This document shows, piece by piece, positions 1 through 13,376 of a stretch of DNA of 64,000 nt. Position 1 is the first letter of the stretch. Every line of letters starts with the position of its first letter. The translations under genes were made by a program, and so were the position numbers. The stretch lies in the NCBI RefSeq assembly GCF_006345805.1, contig NC_043007.1, positions 32,426,001 through 32,490,000 on the forward strand, in the 5' to 3' direction. The notes under the pieces were generated by a model, which saw only the letters and a program-made list of their open reading frames with translations, ran no database searches and was not told the DNA's origin. The DNA comes from Octopus sinensis (lineage: Eukaryota).

Positions 1-309
1 ATTGTTGGAAGGGAGACTAATCAACACAGCTTTACTGAAGGTCGTTAATTTCTAGGTGATGCCCAAAATATAAAAGGACCATTTAGCGCAGACATGTCAG
101 TGATTCCAATCCTGAATTGAAACAGCCGTTGAAGTTAAAGGTGGATTCATAGAATAAATATTCTTATAAGGAAGCATATCAAGAACATGTGCGCAAATTT
201 TTAGTAAAATACAGTTGGCTTTTCCAAGTTTGGAATTGTTTTTATTAAATTACCAAATATGTCCTGAAGTAACACTTGCATCCTGCATATTACAAGCATG
301 TATATATTT

Positions 310-690
310 GAGGCGCAATGGCCCAGTGGTTAGGGCAGTGGACTTGCGGTCGTAGGATTGCGGTTTCGATTCCCAGACCTGGCGTTGTGAGGGTTTATTG
401 AGTGAAAACACCTAAAGCTCCACGAGGCTCCGGCAGGGGGGAGGGGTGAACCCTGTTGTACTCTTTCACCACAACTTTCTCTCACTCTTTCTTCCTGTTT
501 CTGTTGCACCTGTATTTCAAAGGACCAGCCTTGTCACTCTCTGTGTCACGCTGAATCTCCCCCGAGTACTTCATTAAGGCTACACGTGTGACTGTGGAGT
601 GCTCAGCCACTTGCACATTAATTTCACGAGCAGGCTGTTCCGTTGATTGGATCAACTGGAACCCTCGTCGTCGTAACCGACGGAGTGCCA
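310..690 (+). mobile_element. tRNA-derived SINE, full length
   Basis: gaggcgcaatggcccagtggttagg (A box)...gtttcgattccc (B box); 3' ggaaccctcgtcgtcgtaaccgacggagtgc; closely matches 61793-62168. Confidence 0.85.
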
Positions 691-1631
691 ACATATGCCA
701 ACGGTGGTGAGCAGATTGAATTCAAATATATATTGATTCAAACTGGGTTAGCTGGCACCAAGAAACTGTTAACTAATAAGTAAATCAACTTTACAGAAGG
801 AATAGGCAACAGAGAACAGCTACCAACCAAGTCATCAAGCTGTCAGCTCATTCATACAACAGGGGTCAACTGTTCATATGTAATAATTACTATTACATAG
901 TGTCCCTAACACACCTGTCATTCTCTATGTAAATAGAGGGGGAATTTCAACTCATGGCTGTTGCAGTGGGGCAAAGGTATTTAACTTAAACACTTACAAA
1001 AGTAAGCATAAAATAATATAAAATTTGCAGCTTCTACCTAGGGAGACGAATGTCTCCCAATCAACAAACCCTGTGCAAGCAAGGATAATTTGTATATAGC
1101 TAACTTACAATATAGAGTACTTCATACATGCAGCTGGAAGACATAAAAATTTTCTCCTGAGGCTATTTCCACAGTGAAATGTCTAATCATGTCAGAATAC
1201 ACTCAAATGTGTTAAATATGATTTAACACAATCAAAGCAATTTATGTGGAAAATAGTTTTTTAAATTAAGTTTGTTCAAGAATTCCACCCCAATACTTCA
1301 GGCACATCACACTCCAGACAAATACCAAATTTGGTTGTATGTACAATGAATGACAAATTATTAAATTAGAATAATATGGAAATGCCAACAAAATTCTTAC
1401 TAGTTACTACATACAATTTTCTTTTATTTAGCTAATGTTCATTTTAGTTACTGCTGAATGCCACCTCCACCTAATTATGATTGCATAACTCTAACATGGA
1501 AAACAGGTGACGTATATAAAGCTTTCAATAATAAACTTTTGGTAAATATGACCACATCTCTCCAAGACATCGTTTTAAGTAATAAGTCATTTTTGAATAG
1601 AATTTAAAATAAAGTACATTTACAACATTAA

Positions 1632-1847
1632 CCCTTTAGTGTTTAGATTACTCTGCCAAATGTAATACTTATTTATTCACATTGTTTTGAATTAATTGTG
1701 CCATATCTCATAGCTTTGAGATTTCGATGATGTGATTGCTTATTTGTAGAATGACATTGCAGGGTAGGTGTGAGAGGCTGCATCTCATAAGTTTGAACAT
1801 AAAGGATAATATTCTGGCCAGATATGGCCGGTTTAAACACTAAAGGG
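1632..1847. mobile_element. TTAA-type (piggyBac-like) MITE
   Basis: 14-bp terminal inverted repeats ccctttagtgttta / taaacactaaaggg; ttaa left flank. Related copies near 16200-16382, 24944-25162, 38300-38500, 52560-53148 and 63635-63850. Confidence 0.75.
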
Positions 1848-1920
1848 TAAAACTTTAAACTGGAATATTACACAAATTTACAAAATTATAAGGAAGTAAT
1901 GTTAAGAAATATAAACCTAC

Positions 1921-2018
1921 TTTAAATTTGTCGTTCCACCGGACCTTTGAATCAATTTCATTAACTTTCATATCAATTAGGCTATCAATTGTCTGCAAGG
2001 CTTTCAGAAAAAATTGGT
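1921..2018 (-). CDS. QSER1-like: Coding exon (phase 1-0), DUF4211-like: DQFFLKALQTIDSLIDMKVNEIDSKVRWNDKFK
   Basis: ctctcttttcag acceptor, gtaggt donor, 98 nt, inside ORF 1855-2238. Confidence 0.9.
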
Positions 2019-3483
2019 CTGAAAAGAGAGAAAAACAAAAGAGCAATGTTATTGTAAATAGAGACAAAAGAGGTGAGAAAAAGCTCCAAGTTATATTGTG
2101 TATATGAGGATATTTTATTTTCATAATATTTTTAAAATGAAATTTTCTGACAGTTAAAGTTTTTAACAAGGGATTAAAAATAACCATGTGAAGCAAAAAA
2201 TTTGCTTCCCATGAAAAATAATTTGAAAACAATGACACCGTGGAAGTGTTTTAGTAATAGGAAATGCTTATATGAATGACCCACAACTTTAGATACTGGA
2301 TATACCAAGGTTTCACTGACATGGTGTAGCTACGTGGGACATGGTGTACAGTCACAAATGCACTAAGCTTGTCAAAGTTGGATTGAATTTTATTTAGAAT
2401 TTAGGTATGCCTGTCTGTCTGAAGAGATCTAGTTTGGCACCACATGGAAAATACTAGCATCAATGAAAGACACATAGCCTTAAGAGAGAAACGGGTCTAT
2501 ATACCACAGCACTAAAAATTGCCTTTCATCTAAAAGCATACGTTTGCTAGATTTGCATCAATATATCATGACCAGTTATTATTTAGTGTGCAAGATCTGT
2601 ACATTGTGACAATTAGCACAACAGTTAAATTACATACATCACATTATAATCCTTATCGTTTACATTTGCAAATCGCTACCATTTATAGTTATCTCTGCAA
2701 CTCCTCCCAAGCATTCTCATCTTTTCTTCTAAGGATGAATAGCCATGTTGTTCCTCTGCAACAAGAACCTGTTTGCTCCTTCTCGTATTTTAACCCCTTA
2801 TCTCCTAGTATAAAGGTGCCCCTGCTTTGGGTTTCATAGGCTTATAAGCTGCATGGTTGTTGCTGTTGTTAAGCAACAAGACGGGTAAGGGTGATTAGGT
2901 GATGGTCTAGGGCTTAGGGGCAGGAGACCCCAGACCTTGGGAAAAAAAAAACTTTGGTTGTAGTCGAGGGGTCCTCATTGACGCCCGACATCACTGGGAG
3001 GTGTCCCTCGAAGTTGCTGGAAATGGAGATCTCCAGGTTCAAATTCTTGAATGGCTAAGCTGCATGGTGACCTCACTGGTGCCAGTCAAATGGAAAAAAA
3101 AATTCTTCAGTACAGTCTGTAAAGTGGCTGGTGTTAGGAAGGGCATCCAGTTGTGGAAACCATATCAAAGCAGACACTGGAGGACAGTGCAGTCATTAGA
3201 CCAAACAGATTCTGTCCAACCCATGCCAGGAACGGGGACATTAAATGCTGTTGCTACTGGTGACGAAAAGGACACTTAACATACAGGATCTTAGCAGCAT
3301 AGAAAAGACCACCGATATGGTCAATCCATATCTAAACCTCATCCTGAAAAAGCATCATCGCATATAAAGAAGACATATCAAGGATAACATAAAGTAAATT
3401 TTACAAGACTAGTGATGTAGTCCTTTTATTATTATTATTATAATAAGGAAGAGAGAGAGAGAGAGAGGAGAGAGAGATCTTAC

Positions 3484-3599
3484 CATTAGTAGCAATGATG
3501 ATGCTTAAGAAGTTAGATTCCAAAGCCTGGCTCAAGAATATTCGCATGTATATGTTGAAAGACTCTACTAAAGGGTCATCTTCATATTGTCTCTCCAGA
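3484..3599 (-). CDS. QSER1-like: Coding exon (phase 2-1), DUF4211-like start: LERQYEDDPLVESFNIYMRIFLSQALESNFLSIIIATN
   Basis: ttccttttcag acceptor, gtaaga donor, 116 nt, inside ORF 3401-3709. Confidence 0.9.
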
Positions 3600-4882
3600 C
3601 TGAAAAGGAATTTTAGGAGGAAATACTTATAAAGAGAATCGTTTTTACCACAGAAAATGTCTGCTGTTGACAAACATGGAAAATATTTATAGATGAAGGT
3701 AAAAATCATAATGAAAAGTGGAAAGTCAATTTGCAGTCGACTAAATTATAATTCTAAATAACTCTGAAAGTAATTAAATGAGCTATGAAATGCACAGAAT
3801 CTTCTGGAAAAGGAGAAATAAATTAAATAAATGTATAAAGTAATTTGAAAGCTGAGGAAATTTGGCCAATTTCAAATGTTAATAAATACTGACTTGAATA
3901 TTATTGTCTCTGTCAAAAGAAACCCAATCTTTATGATAATAACTTGGTTTATGATATATTTTTTAGCTTTGTGCTATTTATGAAGGCATGTATGTTCATG
4001 GACAGGGTGTTGGCCTCACGATCACAAAATCTTGGGTTCAATTCCTGGAGCTGAAAGGGCAGTGTGTCTCTGACGAGCAAGGCACTACATTTCACATTGA
4101 TCCACTCTGCCCAGCTTAAAATGAATCCCAGCTGACTCTCCCTCCGGCTGTCACACCCTTCATGCTTTGCTGGATCAATAAGCAGGAGACCCAAGAAGAT
4201 AGCAATACCTACTTGCAACTACATAACCAACTGCAACTATTAGTGAAAGTGTACTACATGCTACCAGGTCACACAGTTAAGCACCAGCCAAGCTTTTGTT
4301 ACGAGTAATGGATTAAATTCAAAGCATGTTTCTTGAGCTGTGTAGTTAGTGTCTGTGTGCTGACACGGAAAGAAACCATGTTCTCATGTTCCACTGATGG
4401 ATGATTTAAAGGTCTCTGTTTGTAGAGAATATTTGGTTGCTGTCAGATTTGATAATTATAAAAATTAAGTAAAAAATTTTCAAATTTGGCTGACTGACAC
4501 TCCGTCACTTATGACAAGGGTTCCAATTGATTCAATCAACAGAACAGCCTGCTTGTGAAATTAATGAGCAAGTGGCCGAGACACGTGTACCTTTCACGTA
4601 GTTCTCAGGGAGATTCAGCACAACACTGAATGTGACATGGCTGGCCTCTTCGTATAACAGGTACCACTCATTTTTACCAGCTGAGTGGAAGTAAAGTGTC
4701 TTGCTGAAGGACACAATGTGCTACTGGGAATAGGTATCACCTTACGATCATGAGCCAAATACACTAACCATTAAGCTGCGTGCCTTCAGTTAATATATTG
4801 AAGTAACTTTTCAGGCTGAATCTGAATTTGGGATTTGTTTATTCTAGAATAAAAATTTAGAATTAGACACAGTTAATCCTAC

Positions 4883-5013
4883 CTGCCATCATTAGGAGGT
4901 TTGGGCCGGAATGGTTCTTCAACTTCAACTATTTCTTTGTTGAAACCTTGAGATATTAATTTCGCTCTAATTGGTTTGAACTGTTGACGAAGGGTTGGCA
5001 TCCAACTGGAGTA
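4883..5013 (-). CDS. QSER1-like: Coding exon B2 (phase 0-2): YSSWMPTLRQQFKPIRAKLISQGFNKEIVEVEEPFRPKPPNDG
   Basis: cttccatttcag acceptor, gtagga donor, 131 nt. Confidence 0.9.
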
Positions 5014-6139
5014 CTGAAATGGAAGATTAGGAAACACTGAAACAGATTCATTCATCATTACAAATTATTTTGTGAGCATGGGAACTGCTTGGTACCTTGG
5101 GTGAATACCTTCTACTATGGCCCCAAGCTGTCCAAAGCCTTATGAAAGAGTTTGGACAACAGAAACTAAAAAGGAGCCCATCATGCATATGTACATGTGC
5201 ATGAGTGAGTGTTTGCACATGTTTGGGAGTGTTTGTATCTCCTTGTCTTGATACTGGAGGCTAGTTGTAAAAGAAATGTTACCATCATGCCAGAGATACC
5301 ATTTGTTTGCAATCTTTCATGAAAATATGCCTGGCCATTGGGTTGTTAGTGTATGACAGACCAGAGATATATCAAATGACTTGGAAACAGGCGAAGGTTA
5401 ATGACAGGAAGAGCATCTGGTCATAGTAAACCTGTCTCAATGAATTCATCAGAGCCATGCAAATGCGGAAAAATAGGCATTAAAAACAAACTTGACGATG
5501 ATTTCCATATATAAATGCATTTGATTTGTCACTGAAAGTAAATTAGCAAGTTTTTGTGATTTTCCATTTACTGTTAGGTTGGAAGGAAAATCCTGTGACA
5601 TTTTTGACATGATCACTTCAAGACTACTTTTTCAATTCTAATGGTAAGGAAGCATAAATTTCTACATTCTAATTTTTCCCCCCATTTTTTTGCATATTAC
5701 TTTATACAAAAACTTATACTGGCTGCCCCCTTTTTAAAATTAGTTTAGATTAGATCCATACCAGACACTGCATACTGTATGAATTTAAAAGGGCTAACTC
5801 AATATCTCTATTTGTTAATGCTGGAAGGAATCACAGGAAGTTAGTGATGTCTAACAAGATTGGAAGAATGACACCATATTCAAGATAGGGGATAGAAACC
5901 AATGCAAGACCTATTGATAGATTTCTTGATATATATATATATATACAGCTGGGATGATCCTCAAAGAAATGCTGCTCAATAGTCTGAGAAAGTTTACAGT
6001 AATTCCAGCATAAACTGACAAATAAAGAAGTGAAACAGAACTGGTGCATGTGTTGATTATTGGCATAATGACCCTACCACAATACAAAATAAAAAGCACA
6101 TTGAAAACTGTAAATGAAACATCACTAACATGATTACAT

Positions 6140-6520
6140 CATCATCATCGTTTAACATCCATTTTCCATGCTAGAATGGGTTGGATGGTTCGACTGGGGT
6201 CTAGGAAACCAGGAGGCTGCACCAGGCTCCAGTCTGATCTGCTGGATGCCCTTCCTAACGCCAACCACTCCGTGAGTGTAGTGGGTGTTTTTTACGTGCC
6301 ACTGGCACAGGGGCCAGAGGAGGCTGGCAAACAGCCACGATCGGTTGGTGCATTTTACGAGCCACCAGTACGGAAGCCAGTCAAGGCGGCGCTGGCATCA
6401 GCCACGTTCGAACGGTGCTTTTAACGTGTCACCGGCACAGGTGTCTTAACTACAATTTCCATTTGATTTTCATTCTGATGTTGTTGTTAATGTACTTGAC
6501 TCAATAGGTCTCCTCAAGAA
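6140..6520 (-). mobile_element. RTE-tailed short retroelement
   Basis: catcatcatcgtttaacatcc...ctggatgcccttcctaacgccaaccac family sequence. Confidence 0.8.
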
Positions 6521-6623
6521 CAGCAGGTCACTCTACAATCCAAGATTACCGATAGAGAAAAAATTTTTTATAATTCATAATAAATACAGAAGACATTTTA
6601 TTGTAAAATGAAGAAGTGCTTAC

Positions 6624-6764
6624 TGTAGGAACAGCTCGGTGTCGAATCTTCCCATCTTCTATGATTAATTCATATTTGTGTAACATCTTTCCATTTTCAA
6701 TTTTCCATATGGGGTAACTTTCATAGTTTGAAAGGTCCTTAACTTCAATAATAAACTTTCCGGG
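6624..6764 (-). CDS. QSER1-like: Coding exon A2 (phase 0-0): PGKFIIEVKDLSNYESYPIWKIENGKMLHKYELIIEDGKIRHRAVPT
   Basis: tgttcacag acceptor, gtaagc donor, 141 nt, inside ORF 6546-6896. Confidence 0.9.
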
Positions 6765-8619
6765 CTGTGAACAATTCAGAAAAAGAAACACAAACATGAG
6801 TTGAAATTCTTTCATTTTCATCATAAAACCTTTTAAAGAATTAACTAATTTAAATAGCCTAAATTTATCAAAACAGTTACAACAGAACTTGTACATGTAG
6901 AAAGGATAACAAACTTAAAGAAATTACAAATTAATTAATTAATTATGAAAGTAACGAAGAATATATTTTAGCAGATCTATCAAATCACAACAAAATATGG
7001 TGGCACACTTTTGTGAACAAACATATTAACATTTTGACGAATGTTTTTAGTAATTAATATAAATAACCCATAATGATTTTAATTTATTTTATTGCTAAAT
7101 AAACTTCTAAACTGGTAAAAATTGATAATATTATCTGGAGAAGAAATGTTTATATGACAGCTAATACTTTCTAAATATAGTAACACTACTAACTGGTTGA
7201 AATTAGCTTAAAAACTAGGATATATTAAAGGACCGTTAAAATACAAGTTGCAGGTTTTAAAACTAGTTAATCACATATGTTTAGGGTAGAGGAATTATAA
7301 TAAAGCTACAAAACGGTCTGTGCATTTTCATAAATAATACTACTACTATAAACAGCCAAATATCATAAATGATTGCACAGGTGTTTAAATTTATAAAAGT
7401 GTATTTATTCCTAAAACATATTAAGTTTGAAGTGTGTGCATGTGTATATGTACATGTGTATATACATGTGTAATAATATACTTCTAAATTACCCCATATA
7501 CATACAAATTATTTCTAGGAGAAAAACAACAACAAACAATGAAACTGCTTCCGAAATTCACATGTACATGTGCATTTGAATTTGTGCGCACACATACCAG
7601 TGCGTGGGAGAGCACATGTATGCACACGGTTGATATTCTGAAGCAATTTTAAGAATAACAACCAAACATTTAATGACGGGGGACTCAACACCAGTAAAAT
7701 TTGTTTTCACTTGACGGCTAATTCAATCAGTGGCTGAATTAGCCATCAAGTGACACTTGGAATTCAAGTTCAAAATTAATTTTATATCTGTGTATCTACA
7801 TATATGTAGATACACACAGATATGTCTGCGTATCTACATACACACTCATACACATATATGTATACAAACACACACATATACATGTATGTATGTATATAAA
7901 TAAATATAAATATATCTATATATGTATATCATCGTTTAACATCTGCCTTCCATGCTAGCATGGGTGGGACTATGTATATATATATATACACACACACACA
8001 CATATACACATTCACACATATATAGACATGCTTATACACATATATATACACACACACACACTCATACACAAACATATATGTCAATACACACACAAATTAT
8101 GTGGATGGCAACATCTTAATATCTTATCGAGTGTGACCCCCATTATGCTAAAATCTACCGATGCGGTGCCAACTTGTTGTGGGTCCCAATGATAATGCTG
8201 ATGAAGACATACGAGAGCCTGTTTAAGACCAAGGTGCCACTACACACTGGCAGCACTTCAACCAACCTATGAGCCAGAGAAGCATGCAAGTAGAGATCAT
8301 ATCGTCGTCAAAGAAACATCTAACATCTCAACTGCCAATACAAATCTACAGCCGTTTCAGGTTCCGAAAAGCTTGAGTCCTATTTTGTGTCAGGGGAAAA
8401 ATGAAAATGGCACAAAATGTAACCAACACATGAAATTTTATGGTGACAAATGCTTGTGCAACACATCTGCTGTTCTCTAAATGTTTGAAGCCATTAAAAC
8501 AGCAACAAGAAAAACAGGAATGATACCACCAAAAGCTATAAACACTGAAATTTTCTAGTGAGAGAGTCTGTCTGTCCTGTGGATTTACATGGGAGAATAT
8601 AAATGCATATATACATATC

Positions 8620-8870
8620 ATCATCATTGTTTAACGTCTGTTTTCCATGCTGGCATGGGTTAGAAGGTTTGACTGGGGACTGGTAAGTCAGTAGGTTGCA
8701 TCAGGCTCCAATCTAATCTGGCAAGGTTTCTACAGCTGGATGCCTTTCCCAATGCCAACCACTCTGAGAGTGTAGTGGGTCCTTTTTACGTGCCACCAGC
8801 ACAGGAACCAGCCGGTGGGGGACGGGCATCGACCATGTTCGGATGGTTCACTTTTACGTGCCACCGGCAC
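8620..8870 (-). mobile_element. RTE-tailed short retroelement
   Basis: Same family sequence as 6140-6520. Confidence 0.75.
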
Positions 8871-8927
8871 AATATATATATATAAAATATATATATATAT
8901 ATATATAAAATATATATAAAAATATAT

Positions 8928-8959
<32 letters not shown>

Positions 8960-9045
8960 GTTAATCCAAACATGAAAATACAACAACACGAGGATGTGGA
9001 ACAAGTATAGTGTTATTGGATGCTCAGGAAAGGAAAGAAAGGAGG

Positions 9046-9080
9046 ATTTAACGTTTCAAGCAGAGCTCTTCGTCAGAAAA
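9046..9080 (-). ncRNA. Minimal hammerhead-like motif in a Penelope-type terminal repeat (about 8960-9150)
   Basis: Minus strand reads UUUU-CUGACGA-AGAGC-UCU-GCUU-GAAACGUU-AAAU; the repeat is flanked by (TA)n on both sides. Confidence 0.65.
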
Positions 9081-9153
9081 ATAGGAAAAGGAAAGATCCA
9101 AGGAAGGGAAGACAGGGGAAAGAAAATCGCCAACGATACACACGCGGTCATAT

Positions 9154-9187
<34 letters not shown>

Positions 9188-9839
9188 CATACATGTAACA
9201 AATCTATATATACATACACACACATATATATATATCATCACTATTTAACGTCCATCCATTTCTATGTTGGTTTGGGTTGGACAGTTTGACAGGAGCTGGC
9301 AGCCAGAGGACTGCACCTAGCTCCACTGTCTGCTTTGGCATGGTTTCTATGGCTGGATACCCTTCCTAACACCAACCACTTTACAAAGTGGATTGGGTGC
9401 TGGCCATTGACTCTTTGACAGGTTATGTTTTCTTATCCTGTAGGGTACCCCAAATCACCCTCCTAAACAAGTAAACTTGTTGGGGGTCGGAGTCACTAAC
9501 AATCCAGTCATACACAAGATGCAGATCTTTAGTTCCACAGACGTTTAACCATACATGAACACAGGCATTCATACACCCACACAGACTTAGAACTAGTTTA
9601 TACAATACAAAGTACCTTTCCTTAAGTCTTACTAAAAATAACAGCGTTACAGATTGCACAAATGTTAAAATATTAAAAATGTATTTATTCAGAACATGTA
9701 AAGAGCGTGTGTGAATGTGTGTGCCTATGTGAGAAGTATAATTCTTTACACACACAAATTATCAAAAAAAAAAAACAGGAAAACAAATGACAAAGCTCAA
9801 TCTAAATCCAATACATACAAACACACACCAATATATATT

Positions 9840-10260
9840 TCTATATATATAAAATTATATATATAAGTTATAGATATATATAAAATTATAAAATTTCATA
9901 TATATATAATCATAAAATTATATATATAAAATCATAAAATTATATATATATATATAATCATAAAATTATATATATATATCATAAAATTATATATATAAAT
10001 CATAAAATTATATATATAAAATCATAAAATTATTATATATAAAATCATAAAATTATATATATAAAATCATAAAATTATATATATAAAATCATAAAATTAT
10101 ATATATAAAATCATAAAATTATATATATATAATCATAAAATTATATATATATAATCATAAAATTATATATATAAAATCATAAAATTATATATATAAAATC
10201 ATAAAATTATATATATATAATCATAAAATTATATATATAAAATCATAAAATATATATATA
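9840..10260. repeat. Minisatellite, 22-24 bp unit atcataaaattatatatataaa
   Basis: Direct tandem repetition with a variable (TA) count. Confidence 0.9.
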
Positions 10261-10403
10261 TATACACACACCAGAGTAAGCACATGAATGTGAAACAAGG
10301 TGGAAAAAAGAGTACTCAAATACCAGACGTAGAGTAATATGCTTTATTTAAAAGCAGCAGAAATATAACAAAAGCTGTTACTCGGAGTTTCATGTTTTTT
10401 TAA

Positions 10404-10446
10404 CAAAACTGTCCGACGAACGTGAAACTCCGAGTAACAGCTTTTG
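10404..10446 (+). ncRNA. Hammerhead-like motif with collapsed stem II, inside a 60-bp-arm inverted repeat (10337-10478)
   Basis: CAAAACUGU-CCGACGA-ACGU-GAAACUCCGAGUA-ACAGCUUUUG; stems I and III pair. Confidence 0.55.
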
Positions 10447-11292
10447 TTATATTTCTGCTGTTTTTAAATAAAGCATATATACATATATTCTTTTACTCGT
10501 TTTAGCCATGCACCTGTAGTTGTGCTGGAGCACAACTCTTTTACTTACTTCGAGGCATTTCCCACCACCACTACTGTGTGTGCTTTTGGCCCAACTGTTG
10601 GCCCACACACAAAATCACACAACACAGCATACACACACACACATATTCACAACTAGTTTATCATATAAAATCTGAAGTAAAGGAATTACAATACAAATAA
10701 GGAACAAATCAAAGACTACATTTTAAGTTTTACTAAAAATAAACATTATACAAAATATATTCTTAAAAGATGTTAAGCATGTGTGTATAATATAATTGTT
10801 CTTTTCTACTCTAGGCACAAGGCCCGAAATTTTGGGGCAAGGGGGAACTGGGCAGTTGATTAGATCGACCCCAGCATGCAACTGGTACTTAATTTATCGA
10901 CCCCGAAAGGATGAAGGGCAAAGTCGACCTTGGCGGAATTTGAACTCAGAACGTGTGTACATTTGTGATTAAATTTATAATTACTCTGCAAACACAGAGT
11001 TAATTTTAAGGACATAAAACTAGAACAAGGTTCATCAAGGGTCTGTGTGTGCAAGAGAGAGGAACAGAGAGACATGTATTTATGTACGATATATAGGTTT
11101 TTAATGAAAACGAAGCTAAAACTTTTGTCTCGTGACTCAAATTTCATGCTACAGCAATCTTCAGGCATGATCATCACCTGAAGATCAGTGATGTGAAACC
11201 AATGTCATAAGACTAACTCCAGCTTCATTTTCAATTAAAAAAAAAACATATCTTCTACATGCATTGAGTACTCCTTTGTCATTCGTTCAACA

Positions 11293-11325
<33 letters not shown>

Positions 11326-11482
11326 GAATTTTTTGTGTAATGAGATAAAAAAAACCATGGCTGTATAGATAATATAGCATTTATAGATAGAAGGTCTTAC
11401 AGCTGTTTCTAGGATATTAATTAATAATAATATCCCTTCATCACATCGAAACTAACTATGACTTAACTTTTCCTCTCACACC

Positions 11483-11537
11483 GTCTCCGATGAAGGGATA
11501 TTATTATTAATTAATATTCTAGAAACAGCTGTAAGAC
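11483..11537 (+). ncRNA. Hammerhead-like motif inside a large inverted repeat (about 11322-11592)
   Basis: GUCU-CCGAUGA-AGGGAUAUUA...UAAUAUUCUA-GAAAC-AGCU-GUA-AGAC; palindromic ACAGCUGU stem III; U4C core variant. Confidence 0.6.
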
Positions 11538-13220
11538 CCTCTATCTATAAATGCCTTGGTTTTTTTATCTCTATACACAAAAAATCCATATATACACATG
11601 CTGACATAGAACCAACGTTGAACCCTTTATTCGCAATAATACCGAATCTGGAACTTAACTATGGTCTGTCTATAGCACTTATTCAGCATTACCTGACACC
11701 TTTGGGTCTCAATGACACCTATATCTATATCATATATATATACACACACATACCAATATGCATGCATACAACTGAGATGTATGCAGATATGCACATAAGT
11801 CCACAAACACATACATGAATATATGTGCATGCACACACACAGTATGAATTTATTTTTACTTCTATTTTCTTATTGATTTCAGTCACTGGACTGTAGCCAT
11901 GCTTATCCTAGTATGCATAACCATACTTTATGGGTACTTATTTTAGTAACCTTATAAGGATGAAAAACAATTTTGGAAGGTTAAGAGATGATATTAAATA
12001 TTTATGGAATAAAGTAATTTTCATCACACCCAACTGATCTCGTATACAATTGAAATCATACAAACAACAAAAAAATTTGCAGTATGTCTCCATCACTATT
12101 TGCCCAGCCCCTAAAGGGAAATAATTAACCTTATGTATTTATCTCCCTTGATTAATATATACTAACAACGTATCAAGCATGATTTGAAAAATGTATCAAC
12201 CATGATTGGGAAGTTTTGTCACAGTTGGTAAGCAATAGTTAATAGTTAAACAGTAGCAGCGATATTAATAATGTACATTAGAGATATAGAGATGAGAAAT
12301 TTGCTACATTTCATTTACTTTTTAATTTAATAAACATGTTCATTTTGAAAAGGAATATTCATATCATGAATAAGTCGTTCATCACAAAATATGAAAAAAA
12401 AAGGGGGGTAAAATTATTGTAGCTGTATAAACATTACCTGATATTGTCAAAGTAGCAGAAAAACAGACCTAACATTATCTGTCATGATGAATTATTCCTG
12501 TGTTTACATGTACACATAAACACACACATACATATATATACACACACATTCATATATACACAAATATACATACATGTATACACACACACACATATATTTT
12601 ATATCATACAAGATGAGATTTAAGATATTTATTTGACTTAATTTTGTTGAGCTATATATTACTGGTTTAATTCCTGTATAACATACATCAATATATTTTA
12701 CACACTTCTATCATTACAATATACATTAACAGTGTGTGTGAGTGTGTGTGTGTGTGTGTGTATGAGTTTGTATAATTGTGTATAGATAAATATATTAGTC
12801 AATGACATCTCAACATAGTCTGAATTTCAAGTTTTATTTTTCTGTGTTTTACAATTTTACAATATTATATATATTATATTATAATATATTATAAAAGTAC
12901 TTTTATGTTTTCAGCAATCTTCAGGGTTATGCAGTTTATGTAAAATTGTTAAACATTCGAAAATCAAACACGAAACTTAGGCCTATGTTGAAATTTCATT
13001 GACATATGTGTGTATACTATATATATATATATATATAAAAATTACAAATCAGAACGAAGTGCATAAGGATGCAGAAAAGCATCAACCAGATAGCAATAAG
13101 AGCTAAAGTCGTAATTAAACCACCATAAAGCACCAAGATAACAGAGAAATAACAGAAGGCGAGGAAACAGAAAGAATTAATACATTCAAAAGCACAACTA
13201 TGAAAGACTATGCAGTTTAG

Positions 13221-13286
13221 GACATCCTCATACCCGGGTTTCGGCTTTTGGAAATTTAATCCTTGAGCCTCTTCAGCGTAGATGAC
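13221..13286 (-). ncRNA. Type I hammerhead-ribozyme-like motif (Penelope-type, palindromic stem III)
   Basis: Minus strand reads GUCAUCUACG-CUGAAGA-GGCU(19 nt)AGCC-GAAAC-CCGG-GUA-UGAGGAUGUC. The core is intact and 8 of 10 stem I positions pair. Confidence 0.8.
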
Positions 13287-13376
13287 CTAGTAAAAATTCA
13301 AGGCCATTACATTAAACTCCACTAGTGTACTGGTTTTATTTTACGCCAAAAACACAGCACATGGTGGAGAAATATT

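Noticed and set aside
1-51. Open minus-strand frame after a cctag acceptor (KLTTFSKAVLISLPSNN) as the next DUF4211 exon
   Set aside because: Weak acceptor, and no resemblance to the expected continuation; the next exon is probably outside the window.
5911-6049. Exon-like minus segment after a tttatttgtcag acceptor
   Set aside because: No good donor, and not needed: exons 6624-6764 and 4883-5013 already join in phase and mirror the module 1 pair.
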